Shown: piece by piece, positions 27,269 to 36,777 of the stretch
Position numbering within the stretch: the stretch's first letter is position 1
How the letters are laid out: every line of letters starts with the position of its first letter
IMG/VR virus record: IMGVR_UViG_3300046812_000287
Coordinates: 7,870 to 71,869 of that record
From: a virus
Reading direction: 5' to 3' (one strand)
Length of the DNA stretch: 64,000 bases
Notes under the pieces: generated by a model
Databases searched by the model: none
Told to the model about the DNA's origin: nothing
What the model saw: only the letters and a program-made list of their open reading frames with translations
Program-made: the position numbers and the translations under genes

Positions 27269-27975
27269 GCCGCGGCCCCCGCCAGCAGGCCGATGGCCTC
27301 GACCCACCGGTCATAGATCGCGATGTCATCGCAGTGAGTGATCCAGTCGATGTCTCGCAGCGCGACGTTGTCTGGCGTCAGCACGTGCCTGTCGTCACGG
27401 AAGGCGTGCCACGGCATCATCTTGAGCCGGTCCCTGAGCAGGCTGAACAGCACGCTCTCACTGGTCACCGGGTAGCGCTTGAGCGTCGGCCATTCGTAGC
27501 GCCCTATCAGGTCGCTCTCCTCCAGGTACTTGACCCGGAAGAACATCAGCCCGGTCTCGACCCACCTCGGCTCCGGGCCGTTCCTCATCCCGCCGACGCG
27601 GGCAGACGCAGCGTCGACGCCGTCGCGCTCCATCTCCTGGCATATTGGTCGGACTGGTAGGCGGAACAGTGAGTCGCCCTCAACGTGCGCGACATAGTCA
27701 TACTCGCCCTCGACGGCGACCGCCAGGCCGGTGGTGAAGGCACGCCCCCACCCGTCGCGTCCGCCCTTGACCGCCGAGCCGATGTCGTCAGGGAAGGTGA
27801 GGTAGGCAATGTCAGGAGGGATGACGCGCTCAACGTCCCAATTCGAGCCGCCGCCGTCCACCAGCAGCAGGTCGACGTCGGGGTTGAGACGGCGGTGGAG
27901 CGCGATCCAGCGCTTCAGCAGCTCCTCGCGCTGGGTAGAGTCGACCCACATGGTACCGAACATCAGGACGCGCAT
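27265..27975 (-). CDS. GT-A-fold glycosyltransferase-like protein
   Basis: LLLVDGG...GWGRAF..GL...YDYVAHVEGDS (ExD); paralogous to the middle domain of 29833..32118. Confidence 0.7.
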   Translation of the reverse strand: MRVLMFGTMWVDSTQREELLKRWIALHRRLNPDVDLLLVDGGGSNWDVERVIPPDIAYLTFPDDIGSAVKGGRDGWGRAFTTGLAVAVEGEYDYVAHVEGDSLFRLPVRPICQEMERDGVDAASARVGGMRNGPEPRWVETGLMFFRVKYLEESDLIGRYEWPTLKRYPVTSESVLFSLLRDRLKMMPWHAFRDDRHVLTPDNVALRDIDWITHCDDIAIYDRWVEAIGLLAGAAA

Positions 27976-28886
27976 TTCAGTCTCATCTCGTCTACGGCGA
28001 CCTGCACGGCGTCGGTCGACGTTAGCGTAGGCCGCCAGCCGAGCGCGCGCAGCCTATCGCAGTCGGCATACGAGTAGCGGCGTACGTCCCCAGCCCAGGT
28101 CTTGCCATCAAAGAAAACTGGGGCGCCGTCCGCGACGATCTCAGCGACCTTCCTGACAGAAGTCCTCCCGCTCCCAGCTGCTGCGTGGTAGACCGAGAAT
28201 GGCGCCTTGTCCCAACAAAGCACGGACAGCATGATGGCATCGAGAAGATCATCAACGTGCAGGTAAGGCTTAAGCTGGCTACCGTCGCCGTGAACTAGCA
28301 GCCCGTCAGCTCCCAGCCGCCTGAAGAGGTCGTGGACGACTCCGTGGGTGGTCCGGCTCCCGCCGACCACGTTGGGGAAGCGCATGATTATGGATCGCAT
28401 GTCGTAGGCGTGCGTGAACGCGGAGACGTAGGCCTCCGCAGCGAGCTTGCTGGCGCCGTAGAAAGATATGGGACGCATCGGCCCGTGGTCCTCGCCCAGC
28501 GGCACATCGCTCTCACCGAACACAGCCGAGGAGCTGGCTAAGAACAGGCGCTTGACTCCATGGTCGCGCATCGCCTCCAGGATGGAGATGGTAGTCAGCA
28601 GGTTTAGTTCTAAGTCGAGTCTACTGTCTGAGGAGCCCGCCGCGATGTCAGAGTTGGCTGCGAGATGGAACACGCCGTCAAACTTCACCTCCTCAAACAA
28701 AGTATCTAGGCATCGTGCGTCCCTAGCGTAAAGGTGAAATCTGTCGTTGCCAAGCAGGTGGGCAACGTGCTCGGTGCTACCAAGTCGCATGTTATCAGCG
28801 CACCACACGTGATCACCAGACGTGATCAGCCGGTCGCAGAGGTGGCTGCCGATGAACCCGGCTCCGCCCGTGACGAGTAGCCGCAT
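27963..28886 (-). CDS. NAD-dependent nucleotide-sugar epimerase/dehydratase (extended SDR)
   Basis: VTGGAGFIGSH, FHLAA, SSSAVFG, YGASK, YLHVDD. Confidence 0.92.
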   Translation of the reverse strand: MRLLVTGGAGFIGSHLCDRLITSGDHVWCADNMRLGSTEHVAHLLGNDRFHLYARDARCLDTLFEEVKFDGVFHLAANSDIAAGSSDSRLDLELNLLTTISILEAMRDHGVKRLFLASSSAVFGESDVPLGEDHGPMRPISFYGASKLAAEAYVSAFTHAYDMRSIIMRFPNVVGGSRTTHGVVHDLFRRLGADGLLVHGDGSQLKPYLHVDDLLDAIMLSVLCWDKAPFSVYHAAAGSGRTSVRKVAEIVADGAPVFFDGKTWAGDVRRYSYADCDRLRALGWRPTLTSTDAVQVAVDEMRLKCAS

Positions 28887-29836
28887 GAACCCTCCTCCCT
28901 GTAGACTATCCTGCTTCCTATGAAATCAAAACTGAATGGCACCCGCCGAAGACTACTCAGTGACTGGCAGATGGCCTCATGACGATCCAACGGCGCGCAC
29001 AGAAGCAGGAAGCCGCTGCCGCCCGCGCCGAGTATCTTCCCGCCCGTGGCGCCCGCCGCCCGCGCCAGCGAATACATGCCGTCAATCTCGTCGGTGCTGA
29101 TGCCCGGAGCCAGCGTCCGCTTGATCATCCAGGCCTCGTGCATCACGGGTCCAATGGCCGAGAAGTCCCGCCGGAGCCAGTCGACCAACCGCAGCATGGC
29201 CTTGAGGCCCTTGACGTTGGCCGTGGATCGCTCCTGCTGCGCGGTCAAGACCGTCGACGCAGCACGCCCGCCACCGACGTAGAACAGCATCAGGGTCCTC
29301 TGGATGGACGGGGGCATCATCAACGGCCTGACGTCGACCAGACCATTGGCGTTGAACCTGAGGAAGTTGACGCCGCCGAACGCGCAGGCGAACTGGTCCT
29401 GCTTCCCTATCGGCTCGCGCAGGTCTTCTATCTCGATGGCGCACGCCTCCTCCGCCAGAGCCATGGGTCCCCGGTCGTGACCGCGGTAGACGTGGAGCGC
29501 GTTCAGGAGCCCGACGCAGTAGGCGCTGGAGGAGCCGAGCCCGGTGCCGTGGGACGGCACGTCGGCCACCGACGTAATCTCGACGCCCGACTCAACATAA
29601 GTCCTTAGCAGCGCAGCGCAGGCTATCGGGTGCTCGACCTCCCCGGCACAGGCCACGTTCTCAGTGCGCGAGTAGCTGACGCGGACCTGCCCGTCGAACT
29701 TGCCATTGACGGTAACGTAGACATACTTGTCGATGGCCGCGCTGATGACCGCACCGCCGTGCTCGCGGTAGAACGAGGCAACGTCGGTTCCGCCGCCGAC
29801 GAAGCTCATGCGAAGCGGGGTGCGGCTGACTATCAC
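28826..29836 (-). CDS. hddA: GHMP sugar kinase, D-glycero-D-manno-heptose-7-phosphate kinase-like
   Basis: SRTPLRMSFVGGGTD, GTGLGSSS, IGKQDQ, GGKILGAGGSGF. Confidence 0.85.
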   Translation of the reverse strand: MIVSRTPLRMSFVGGGTDVASFYREHGGAVISAAIDKYVYVTVNGKFDGQVRVSYSRTENVACAGEVEHPIACAALLRTYVESGVEITSVADVPSHGTGLGSSSAYCVGLLNALHVYRGHDRGPMALAEEACAIEIEDLREPIGKQDQFACAFGGVNFLRFNANGLVDVRPLMMPPSIQRTLMLFYVGGGRAASTVLTAQQERSTANVKGLKAMLRLVDWLRRDFSAIGPVMHEAWMIKRTLAPGISTDEIDGMYSLARAAGATGGKILGAGGSGFLLLCAPLDRHEAICQSLSSLRRVPFSFDFIGSRIVYREEGSCGYSSRAEPGSSAATSATG

Positions 29837-32118
29837 GAGGCCTCCGCCACTATCGTCTCGATCTCGAAGAACTTATCGCCGATAACTTTGTGATGTTTTT
29901 CAACATCACAAAGCGCCTTGTGTCGAGAGGTGTGGGGAGAGCACCTCTCGACATTCTCAAACCCGGCGAAGAACAGCAGCGCCTCCAGGACGGTCCACGT
30001 CCACGGCGACCGCGAGCCCCACGCGTAGAGGATAGCGCGCGCCGGTCCACCGTTGGAAGCCGCCATCGCGGCGTAGTCGGCGTCCTCGCATTTGGCGATC
30101 TGCTCAAGCGACGGGACGGCTATCCTCAAGACCCCCTTAGGTTTTAAGACTCGCCTGCACTCCTTGAAAAACCTGATGGCGTCATACTGCTCCAGCCTCT
30201 GCACGCGGTGCTCGCAGACGAGGTAGTCAACCGAGGCGTCAGCGAACCCAAGTGGTTTGCTGATGTCTGCCTCACCATCGTCAGGTCCTTGTCCGAGGTG
30301 AACGACCTTGGTACCGCTGACGAAGCGGTCATAGATGTCGTCTCGGTCCCAGCAGTGGGTAACCCAGTCCAGCTCGCCGACGTTCTCCGGCGTCACCAAC
30401 TCCTTGTTCCCGCGCACGGCGCGCAGCGGGAGCAGTCGCAGGGCGCTCCCGAGCAGGCTTCGCACCACACGCTCCGGCGTCGGCGCGACGTTCCGCGCGC
30501 GCCAGTTGTACCGCTCCGTGAACCGACTCTCCCTTAGGAACTTGGTCGAGAAGAACATCAGCCCGGTCTCGACCCAGCCGCCCTCCTGCTGTCCCTTGCG
30601 TGTCACCACCGTGGAGGCCGCGCCGACGCCGTCGCGCGCCATCTCCCGGATGATTGGCTCCACCGGCCTGCGCAGCAAGCTGTCGCCCTCGACGTGGACC
30701 ACGTAGTCGTAGCCGGAGTCGACCGCGGCGTCGAGGCCGAAGCTGAACGCCCGCCCCCACCCGTCGCGGCCTTGGCGCGAGAGGTGGCCGACGTTGCTGG
30801 GGAACGAGAACCAGGACAACTTCGCCATCTTCCCCGGCTCGTGCCTGGTGAAGTCGGCGAGGTCGAGTTCGCCCCAGCACGGCGAGGCCGAGTCTACCAG
30901 CAGCACGTCGCAGCTCGGGTTGAGTCGGCGGTGGAGCGACAGCCAGTGGCGAAGCAGTTTCAGCCTGTGGTCGGAGTCGACGTAGCACGTGGCGAGCAGC
31001 AGCACGCGCCTCCGCCGCCCGTGCTCCGCGATGAATGACTTGATCTTCTCTAGTGCCGGAGCGAGAGCCGTGCGCTTGTCGCAGTCGTGAGATGAACTGT
31101 GGCAGTCGCACGGTCGGTCCGGGTTGATGCCGAGGGTCGGCGCCAGGTGGGCGCCCGCCGCCTGCGTCGTCTTGAACGACTCGCGCCCGCCGTAGACGAT
31201 GATCGAGGGCGTGCCGACCGCCTGCGCAAGCACCGGGGCGAAGCCGGCGTTGCAGAACACCAGGTCGGCCTCCGCCCACAGCGCCGCCATGGTGGGGAAG
31301 TCCAGCTCACCCTTGTGCAGCTTAACGTCGGCGTCCGCCTCAGGACCCACGACCCACTCGCGCCCGGGGTCGAGGTCGGCGACGCTCACGACGAAGTACT
31401 GGTCGCGCACCGAGCGGAACAGCTCGTCGTACACGGCGGGGTCAGGGTTGCGCGTGGTTGAGTTCCACTCGCGGCGCAGCACCACCGGGCGATAGATCAT
31501 CAGCGGCTTCCCGCCGAGGTTCCAGCTATCGACAAGGCTCTTGGCCTTATCGATCCACTCAGGTCGAAGTGGCATCGTGAAGTCCGGGCGGTCGGAACTT
31601 ACGCCCATCCGCGCCATGACTGTCCCGAGGATGGAGCCGTGGCGATCAATCTCCGGCTTCCCGTAGCCCATCTTGATGACGTGTGCGCCCGGCGGCACGT
31701 GCGTCGGCTTGAACAGGTGGCGCTCACGCTGGACCGTCTTCGCCTGGGCGTGGAGGTTGGTGGTCTGCAGGACGAGGTGCAGGCCCTCTTCGATAAGGTC
31801 GTGGTACATCAGGTGGTGACAGCTGCGCAGCCACACCTCGTGCTTCTTCATGAGCTCGCGGAGCCCGGCCCGCTGGTGCAGGCAGTCCCCGATGCCGACC
31901 ATGCCGTTGATGACTATCGGGGACTTTGGTGCCTCTCCCTTAACATCAACTACCAAGTCATTCTCCAGTGACCGAATGCGGTTGACCACCTCGCGCGACA
32001 GCGTCACGCTCTGAGTCGTTCCTGGCATGACCTTTATCTGGCGCTGTGAGCCGACGATGCCGTCGTAGATGATGCGAGGCGTCTTCGTCGGGTTGCTCAG
32101 CTGGCACTGGACAATCAT
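29833..32118 (-). CDS. Multidomain protein: short N-terminal domain + GT9/heptosyltransferase-like GT-B + GT-A + methyltransferase-like domain
   Basis: GIGDCL...ADLVFCNAGF..LAQAVGTPSIIVYG (GT9-like); YDYVVHVEGDS; ECRRVLKPKGVLRIAVP. Confidence 0.8.
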   Translation of the reverse strand: MIVQCQLSNPTKTPRIIYDGIVGSQRQIKVMPGTTQSVTLSREVVNRIRSLENDLVVDVKGEAPKSPIVINGMVGIGDCLHQRAGLRELMKKHEVWLRSCHHLMYHDLIEEGLHLVLQTTNLHAQAKTVQRERHLFKPTHVPPGAHVIKMGYGKPEIDRHGSILGTVMARMGVSSDRPDFTMPLRPEWIDKAKSLVDSWNLGGKPLMIYRPVVLRREWNSTTRNPDPAVYDELFRSVRDQYFVVSVADLDPGREWVVGPEADADVKLHKGELDFPTMAALWAEADLVFCNAGFAPVLAQAVGTPSIIVYGGRESFKTTQAAGAHLAPTLGINPDRPCDCHSSSHDCDKRTALAPALEKIKSFIAEHGRRRRVLLLATCYVDSDHRLKLLRHWLSLHRRLNPSCDVLLVDSASPCWGELDLADFTRHEPGKMAKLSWFSFPSNVGHLSRQGRDGWGRAFSFGLDAAVDSGYDYVVHVEGDSLLRRPVEPIIREMARDGVGAASTVVTRKGQQEGGWVETGLMFFSTKFLRESRFTERYNWRARNVAPTPERVVRSLLGSALRLLPLRAVRGNKELVTPENVGELDWVTHCWDRDDIYDRFVSGTKVVHLGQGPDDGEADISKPLGFADASVDYLVCEHRVQRLEQYDAIRFFKECRRVLKPKGVLRIAVPSLEQIAKCEDADYAAMAASNGGPARAILYAWGSRSPWTWTVLEALLFFAGFENVERCSPHTSRHKALCDVEKHHKVIGDKFFEIETIVAEAS

Positions 32119-32654
32119 GACCTGTGGACCACCTGAGTCTGGACCGTGTGCTCGATCTCGATGCCCGCTTCCTCGATGGCGCGTCGCACGCCCGGGCAGT
32201 AGTCGCAGTCGTAGTCGTCAAACACCATGATGCCTCCGGGGGTCATTCGCGGAAGGAACCAGCTGATCGCGTCCCGCGTCGATACGTAGAAGTCAAAGTC
32301 AAGGTACACGAAGGCGAATGAGTAGTGCTCAAGGTGCTCGCACCTTGACGGAAATATGCCAGGGACGAGGATGATGTTCGTGAGACCAGCTACGTTGTCG
32401 CGTACGACTTCGATGGATGTGGCGCTGAACTCCCCCGCCGGGTGGAGGTCGCCGTATCCGCGCGCCTCCTCCGGCAGCCCAGTGAAGGTGTCGAAGCCGA
32501 ACACCATCTTGTCTGGCAGCGCCTCCGCGATAGCGCGCAGGCACCCGCCGAGGAACACTCCGCACTCAGCCGCCTCCCCGGGCACGTCCGCCACGGAGCG
32601 CGCCAGCTTGATCAGCGAGTCACGCTTCTCATCAACGGTGGTCGAGAAGATCAC
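32115..32654 (-). CDS. TylF/NovP/MycF-family sugar O-methyltransferase
   Basis: AECGVFLG, FDTFTGLP, YLDFDFY, FDDY...PGV. Confidence 0.9.
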   Translation of the reverse strand: MIFSTTVDEKRDSLIKLARSVADVPGEAAECGVFLGGCLRAIAEALPDKMVFGFDTFTGLPEEARGYGDLHPAGEFSATSIEVVRDNVAGLTNIILVPGIFPSRCEHLEHYSFAFVYLDFDFYVSTRDAISWFLPRMTPGGIMVFDDYDCDYCPGVRRAIEEAGIEIEHTVQTQVVHRS

Positions 32655-33511
32655 CGCGACACCTCCCAGAACTGGTTGTCGCCGGGCTTCTGGCGGTAGG
32701 TCGTAGCCCGGTTGCAGCTCTTGCAGATGGTGTCAGCGGGACCTACCTTGGCATTCTCCGCGCGCAGGCGGCCCATCCCCGGCGACTCAAAGATCGAGTA
32801 GTAGTCTCCAGTCAGCAGGTTGCCGACCCGGTGCTTGGTCGAGTAGTCCATGCAGCACAGCACCACGTCGCCGTTCGGGAACACAACGTTGTGGTCGTAG
32901 AACGGCGTGAACGAGCAGGACACCGGGCCGACGTGATGCGTATGAGGGACATGAATGTCCGGGTCGACGTTGCCGGCGCGGTCCAGGCCCTCCCACTGGC
33001 GCGAGCTGGCCGGCATCTTCACGGACGGATGGACCCGCGAGCGGTTGTCCATCGTCATGGCCCGAAATGATCGCAGGCCCTTGCCTGCGGTCATAAACAT
33101 GCTGAGCACCTCGTCGTACTCCGCCGAGGGCTTGTAGCCGCGCATGTTGCCGTTGGCGTCCGGCAGGTGCAAACAGACCTCCTTCACCTGGTCGCGGTGG
33201 TCCAGCATCAGCGCGACGACCCGGCGCGCGTCGTCCGGCGTCAGTCCGTACAGCGTCGTGTACACGACCACGTGGTAGCCGCAGCTGAGCGCCAGCTCCA
33301 GCATCTCTGTCGCGTTCGGGTTGGCCCACGGCTCGGACATCCCCGAGAAGTCGACCTGGACGTGGAGCGGAACCTTCGACAGTATCGTGGCGAAGTTCTC
33401 CACGGACATGTACTTCTCGGCGTCGCCGTAGCTCGCCTTAAGCTTGTCCTGCGGGCAGTAGGTGCACATCAGCGGGCACCCGACCATGGTGGTAATCTCA
33501 AGGCTGGGCAT
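32651..33511 (-). CDS. Radical SAM enzyme with Twitch/SPASM domain
   Basis: CPLMCTYC, FSGMSEP, C...PNGDVVLCCMD...CKSC; true start MPSLEIT at 33511. Confidence 0.9.
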   Translation of the reverse strand: MPSLEITTMVGCPLMCTYCPQDKLKASYGDAEKYMSVENFATILSKVPLHVQVDFSGMSEPWANPNATEMLELALSCGYHVVVYTTLYGLTPDDARRVVALMLDHRDQVKEVCLHLPDANGNMRGYKPSAEYDEVLSMFMTAGKGLRSFRAMTMDNRSRVHPSVKMPASSRQWEGLDRAGNVDPDIHVPHTHHVGPVSCSFTPFYDHNVVFPNGDVVLCCMDYSTKHRVGNLLTGDYYSIFESPGMGRLRAENAKVGPADTICKSCNRATTYRQKPGDNQFWEVSR

Positions 33512-34272
33512 CAGGGCGGGCTCAGGTCGTCGGTGAGGCTTCCGGAGGTGACGGTGAAGGCTCCGGAGGTGCCGTGGGCGTTGGTCGGGAAGTCGGTCGC
33601 GTTCCCCGTCAGCATGATCGGCGGGCGCCCCAGCGCGGAGATGGCGACCGAGGGCGACACCCAGCCGGCGCTGTAGAACAGCGCGACGGTCGCGGGCGAT
33701 ATGTCCCCGGCCGTCAGGAAGTTGAACCCGGGCCATATCGACAGGTCGCACATCGACCCGGTGTAGAACGTCCCGGTATCGTCCGTGCCGACGAAGAGCG
33801 GCAGGCCGTTGTTCTGAACGCTGAACGAGACGCTGGTGTCGGTGATGGACCCAGTGGCGTCCACGCCGTCGACCTTAAGCTTCAGGATTTTGCTCCCTGA
33901 CCCGAAGTCAGTCTGCGCAGCGAACATGATGTGGTGCCACGCCGAGCTAACAGTTGCCGAACTCCTGACCGAAGCTCGGTGGCTGCTCTTATCCCAGACC
34001 GCAGCAGTGACCTTCCCGGCGTTGGCTCCACCCGACCCGGCGAACTCGCTCAGGAACAGGTCATCGGGGTCCACTACCCAGGCCGGTGGTCCCGGGCTGG
34101 TGAACCAGTTGTTCTTGAACCAGCCGGCGAAGGCGAAGAACTCATTGTCCACGCACGTCAGCGACGGCAGCACGACCGCTGCAGAGTTGAACTGCACGGC
34201 GAACGGCCCGCCTATGGGAGGCGTCGGAGGGATAGATGCGGTAAGGTCCTGCGCGGTAATTCCTGGTATCAT
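33511..34272 (-). CDS. Tail-associated LamG/concanavalin-like protein
   Basis: FAGWFK...WHHIM...VDG...LFVG...YTGSMCDL pattern. Confidence 0.65.
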   Translation of the reverse strand: MIPGITAQDLTASIPPTPPIGGPFAVQFNSAAVVLPSLTCVDNEFFAFAGWFKNNWFTSPGPPAWVVDPDDLFLSEFAGSGGANAGKVTAAVWDKSSHRASVRSSATVSSAWHHIMFAAQTDFGSGSKILKLKVDGVDATGSITDTSVSFSVQNNGLPLFVGTDDTGTFYTGSMCDLSIWPGFNFLTAGDISPATVALFYSAGWVSPSVAISALGRPPIMLTGNATDFPTNAHGTSGAFTVTSGSLTDDLSPP

Positions 34273-35927
34273 CGCGATCTTCCTGGAGGATCAAATGACA
34301 GCTGAAGGTCCGTTTGGAAGATGCTAGTATTTGGAGGGAAAGTCAGTGTGTGACTCCAAGAGATGCCGCGATCTTCACTGTACCAAAAGCCAGGGTTCCC
34401 TGACCCAAGGACTGGATCGACGGTCGCCACGGTCGTTATCTTTCCTGGGTAGGGGATGCTCACCGTAGTTGGTACTGTCCCGGGGCGCAGCGGGTTAGGC
34501 ACGGCTACCGTCTCATATACCGGAGCGTGAATGATGGGGGTGACGAGCTTTCGGAACGTGAAGTCATTCAGCACCGGTGGCGGAAAAGGGTTGACGGGAA
34601 ATGCCAGGTTTATGATAGGTGGGTCGTTCGTCAGGACCAGCTGGCCGTCTTCCGCGTGGTACGGAGGGAAGGAGCCAGCGTCGCCGACGACCTTCGACCA
34701 GTCGAAGCCGTTCGTCGACATAACCACGGTAGACTGGCCTGAGTCCAAGCCGAAGAGACTGTAGCTCCACGGACCAACGCCACCACCACCACCATCGCGG
34801 CCATATATCCACCCGTTTGACTCATTGTACCCGAATATCCAAGCCCCGTTCCCGTAGGCGTAGGGTATGAAATAGGCCCAGGCGTCTCCCGGAACCTCAA
34901 CGGTGGTCCAGGCCTTGCCGTCCCTCGACGTGTGAATACGGTTGACGCGGCTCGTGTCCACGTGAAACTCAATGATGTCGAACCCCTCCGTGATGCTGCC
35001 GGCAGGCACCGGCCCGGAGTTCTCGAACAGGACGAAGATGCCAGCGAGCCAGCTCACGTTCACGACCTGCTGGAACGGGTCAAACCGCCACGGCGGGTCG
35101 ACCACCTTGGAAGTCTCGTCCAGGTTGTCGGGCTTCGAGCCGTCGAACACGGCCTCAGTCGGGTCGAACGGGTCGGTCGTGTCCGGGTTGGGAAGGCTGG
35201 GGTCGCTTACCTTCTTCCCTACCTTGCCTGGCTTGCCGTCGAGTGAGTCATTGTTTAGGGTGAAGACGCGCTCCTGGCTGTTCTCCTTAGCGTCACGGAA
35301 CTTGAATGCGTCCGTGAGCTCCATGTCGACCCACACAGCCTGGGTGTTGTCATTTTTCATGTAGTAGCGGACGACGTGCGACTTCAGCTGCGTGAAGGTC
35401 TTGCCGTCGCCGTCGACCCACACAGCCTGCGTCAGCGGCGGGTCGACCGGCAGTTTCGTAATCGGGTCCTTGCTGAAGTGGCTTACGAGGTCGCCCACGT
35501 TGGTTGGCGGCGGGTCGGGGTCGTTCCTGTAGATGCGATATACAGACTGCTGCGCGCTAGTCTTGGCGTCCTTGTGGTGGTATTTCTCGACGCGCTCGAC
35601 GGAGATGGCGTTGTCGCCTCCGGCCAGAGGCTTACTCACGTCAGCGTAGGTGACCGTCACGCCGTCGTCGTCCAGGCGCGCGTTCGCCACCGTGTGGACG
35701 TGGACCTTGCGCGTCGTCGCGTCGGTGTTGTCGTCGGACGAACCGCTGCCGTTGATGAAGTGGAAGTTGTACTCCTGAGAGTTGGTCTTCGGGTCCTTGA
35801 ACTTGATCGTCTGGATCACAGGGACGTCGACGTGGCGCGCATCGTCGCTCTTGTCCGGCTCGTCGCCCGCGTCGACTGGCGGGGTCAGCCGCTTGACCTT
35901 AGTGGTGCGACTGAACTCCTCAGGCAT
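34269..35927 (-). CDS. Tail/baseplate protein with BNR-like motifs
   Basis: TSRDGKAW, STNGFDW, SEDRGISW Asp-box-like motifs; position in the tail module. Confidence 0.55.
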   Translation of the reverse strand: MPEEFSRTTKVKRLTPPVDAGDEPDKSDDARHVDVPVIQTIKFKDPKTNSQEYNFHFINGSGSSDDNTDATTRKVHVHTVANARLDDDGVTVTYADVSKPLAGGDNAISVERVEKYHHKDAKTSAQQSVYRIYRNDPDPPPTNVGDLVSHFSKDPITKLPVDPPLTQAVWVDGDGKTFTQLKSHVVRYYMKNDNTQAVWVDMELTDAFKFRDAKENSQERVFTLNNDSLDGKPGKVGKKVSDPSLPNPDTTDPFDPTEAVFDGSKPDNLDETSKVVDPPWRFDPFQQVVNVSWLAGIFVLFENSGPVPAGSITEGFDIIEFHVDTSRVNRIHTSRDGKAWTTVEVPGDAWAYFIPYAYGNGAWIFGYNESNGWIYGRDGGGGGVGPWSYSLFGLDSGQSTVVMSTNGFDWSKVVGDAGSFPPYHAEDGQLVLTNDPPIINLAFPVNPFPPPVLNDFTFRKLVTPIIHAPVYETVAVPNPLRPGTVPTTVSIPYPGKITTVATVDPVLGSGNPGFWYSEDRGISWSHTLTFPPNTSIFQTDLQLSFDPPGRSR

Positions 35928-36777
35928 GGGTCGCCAGGAGGCCGAAGATGTCCCAGGAGTCAGCGCCCACCTTCTTCAGCGTGACGGTGGCACCGTCGCC
36001 GGCGGTCTGGTTCAGGAAGCCGGTAACCGGGTTGATCTGAGCGGCCGACACACCCTCGAACAGCACCGGGACGTGGGTGCCGTTCGCCTGCCGCGAGTGT
36101 ATCTCGGTGCCGACCGGGAAGTTGACGTGGTCGTCAGCCGGCACGAAGAATATGCACCCGTCAGGGTTGGTGAACCTGTTGTAGGTGTTGCTGTCCGCCA
36201 GCGTCGGAGTGAAGGTGTGGTCGCTCTGGGTCTGGACGACCGCGAGCCCGGCTGGTGCTATCCACTGCGTGGTAGGAGGATCGGGGCCACCCGGGACGGT
36301 AACGGTCAGCACGTCGCCGACGTTCCCGCCGAGTGGCAGCACGTCGGTCGGGAAGGTGACGATGGGCGAGAGCAGGTTGTGCCCCATCCCGTCCGTGACG
36401 TTCGGGTCGAACGTCAGCCCGCTGGTGTAGTTGCGCGCCACCAGGTAGACTGTGCCGTTGTCGTTGAATACGTCATAGGGCACGTAGACGTTGCTAGGCA
36501 GCCAGGCACCAGTCGGCAGGTTGGTCAGGTTCCAGGTCGCGGTCGGCAAGGTGAACGGTCCGAGAATCGTCGAGTCAGTCAGGTGGAAGAACAGCTGGTT
36601 GGGAGGCGTGAAGGTGATCGACGCCAGGGAGACGACCAACCCAGACAGGTGGTCGTTAAACGCGGCCAGCTGCGACTCGAAGTCGAAGAAGTTGTCGTCA
36701 ACTTCGAAGTCGTGCAGCAACCGTCCGAGGCCCACGCCCCATTTCGCCAGGTCGGTCGTGCAGTATTTTATGGTCAT
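35920..36777 (-). CDS. Tail fibre / receptor-binding-associated protein
   Basis: EVDDNF N-terminus, W..xxYxxxD carbohydrate-binding-like motif, C-terminal FPVGTEI...LKKVGADSW..FG.L. Confidence 0.65.
   Translation of the reverse strand: MTIKYCTTDLAKWGVGLGRLLHDFEVDDNFFDFESQLAAFNDHLSGLVVSLASITFTPPNQLFFHLTDSTILGPFTLPTATWNLTNLPTGAWLPSNVYVPYDVFNDNGTVYLVARNYTSGLTFDPNVTDGMGHNLLSPIVTFPTDVLPLGGNVGDVLTVTVPGGPDPPTTQWIAPAGLAVVQTQSDHTFTPTLADSNTYNRFTNPDGCIFFVPADDHVNFPVGTEIHSRQANGTHVPVLFEGVSAAQINPVTGFLNQTAGDGATVTLKKVGADSWDIFGLLATHA

Noticed and set aside
25416-33511. Cluster as a bacterial O-antigen/capsule locus (host DNA or chimeric contig)
   Set aside because: No flippase, polymerase or exporter, and the genes are translationally coupled to phage tail and lysis-region genes at both ends
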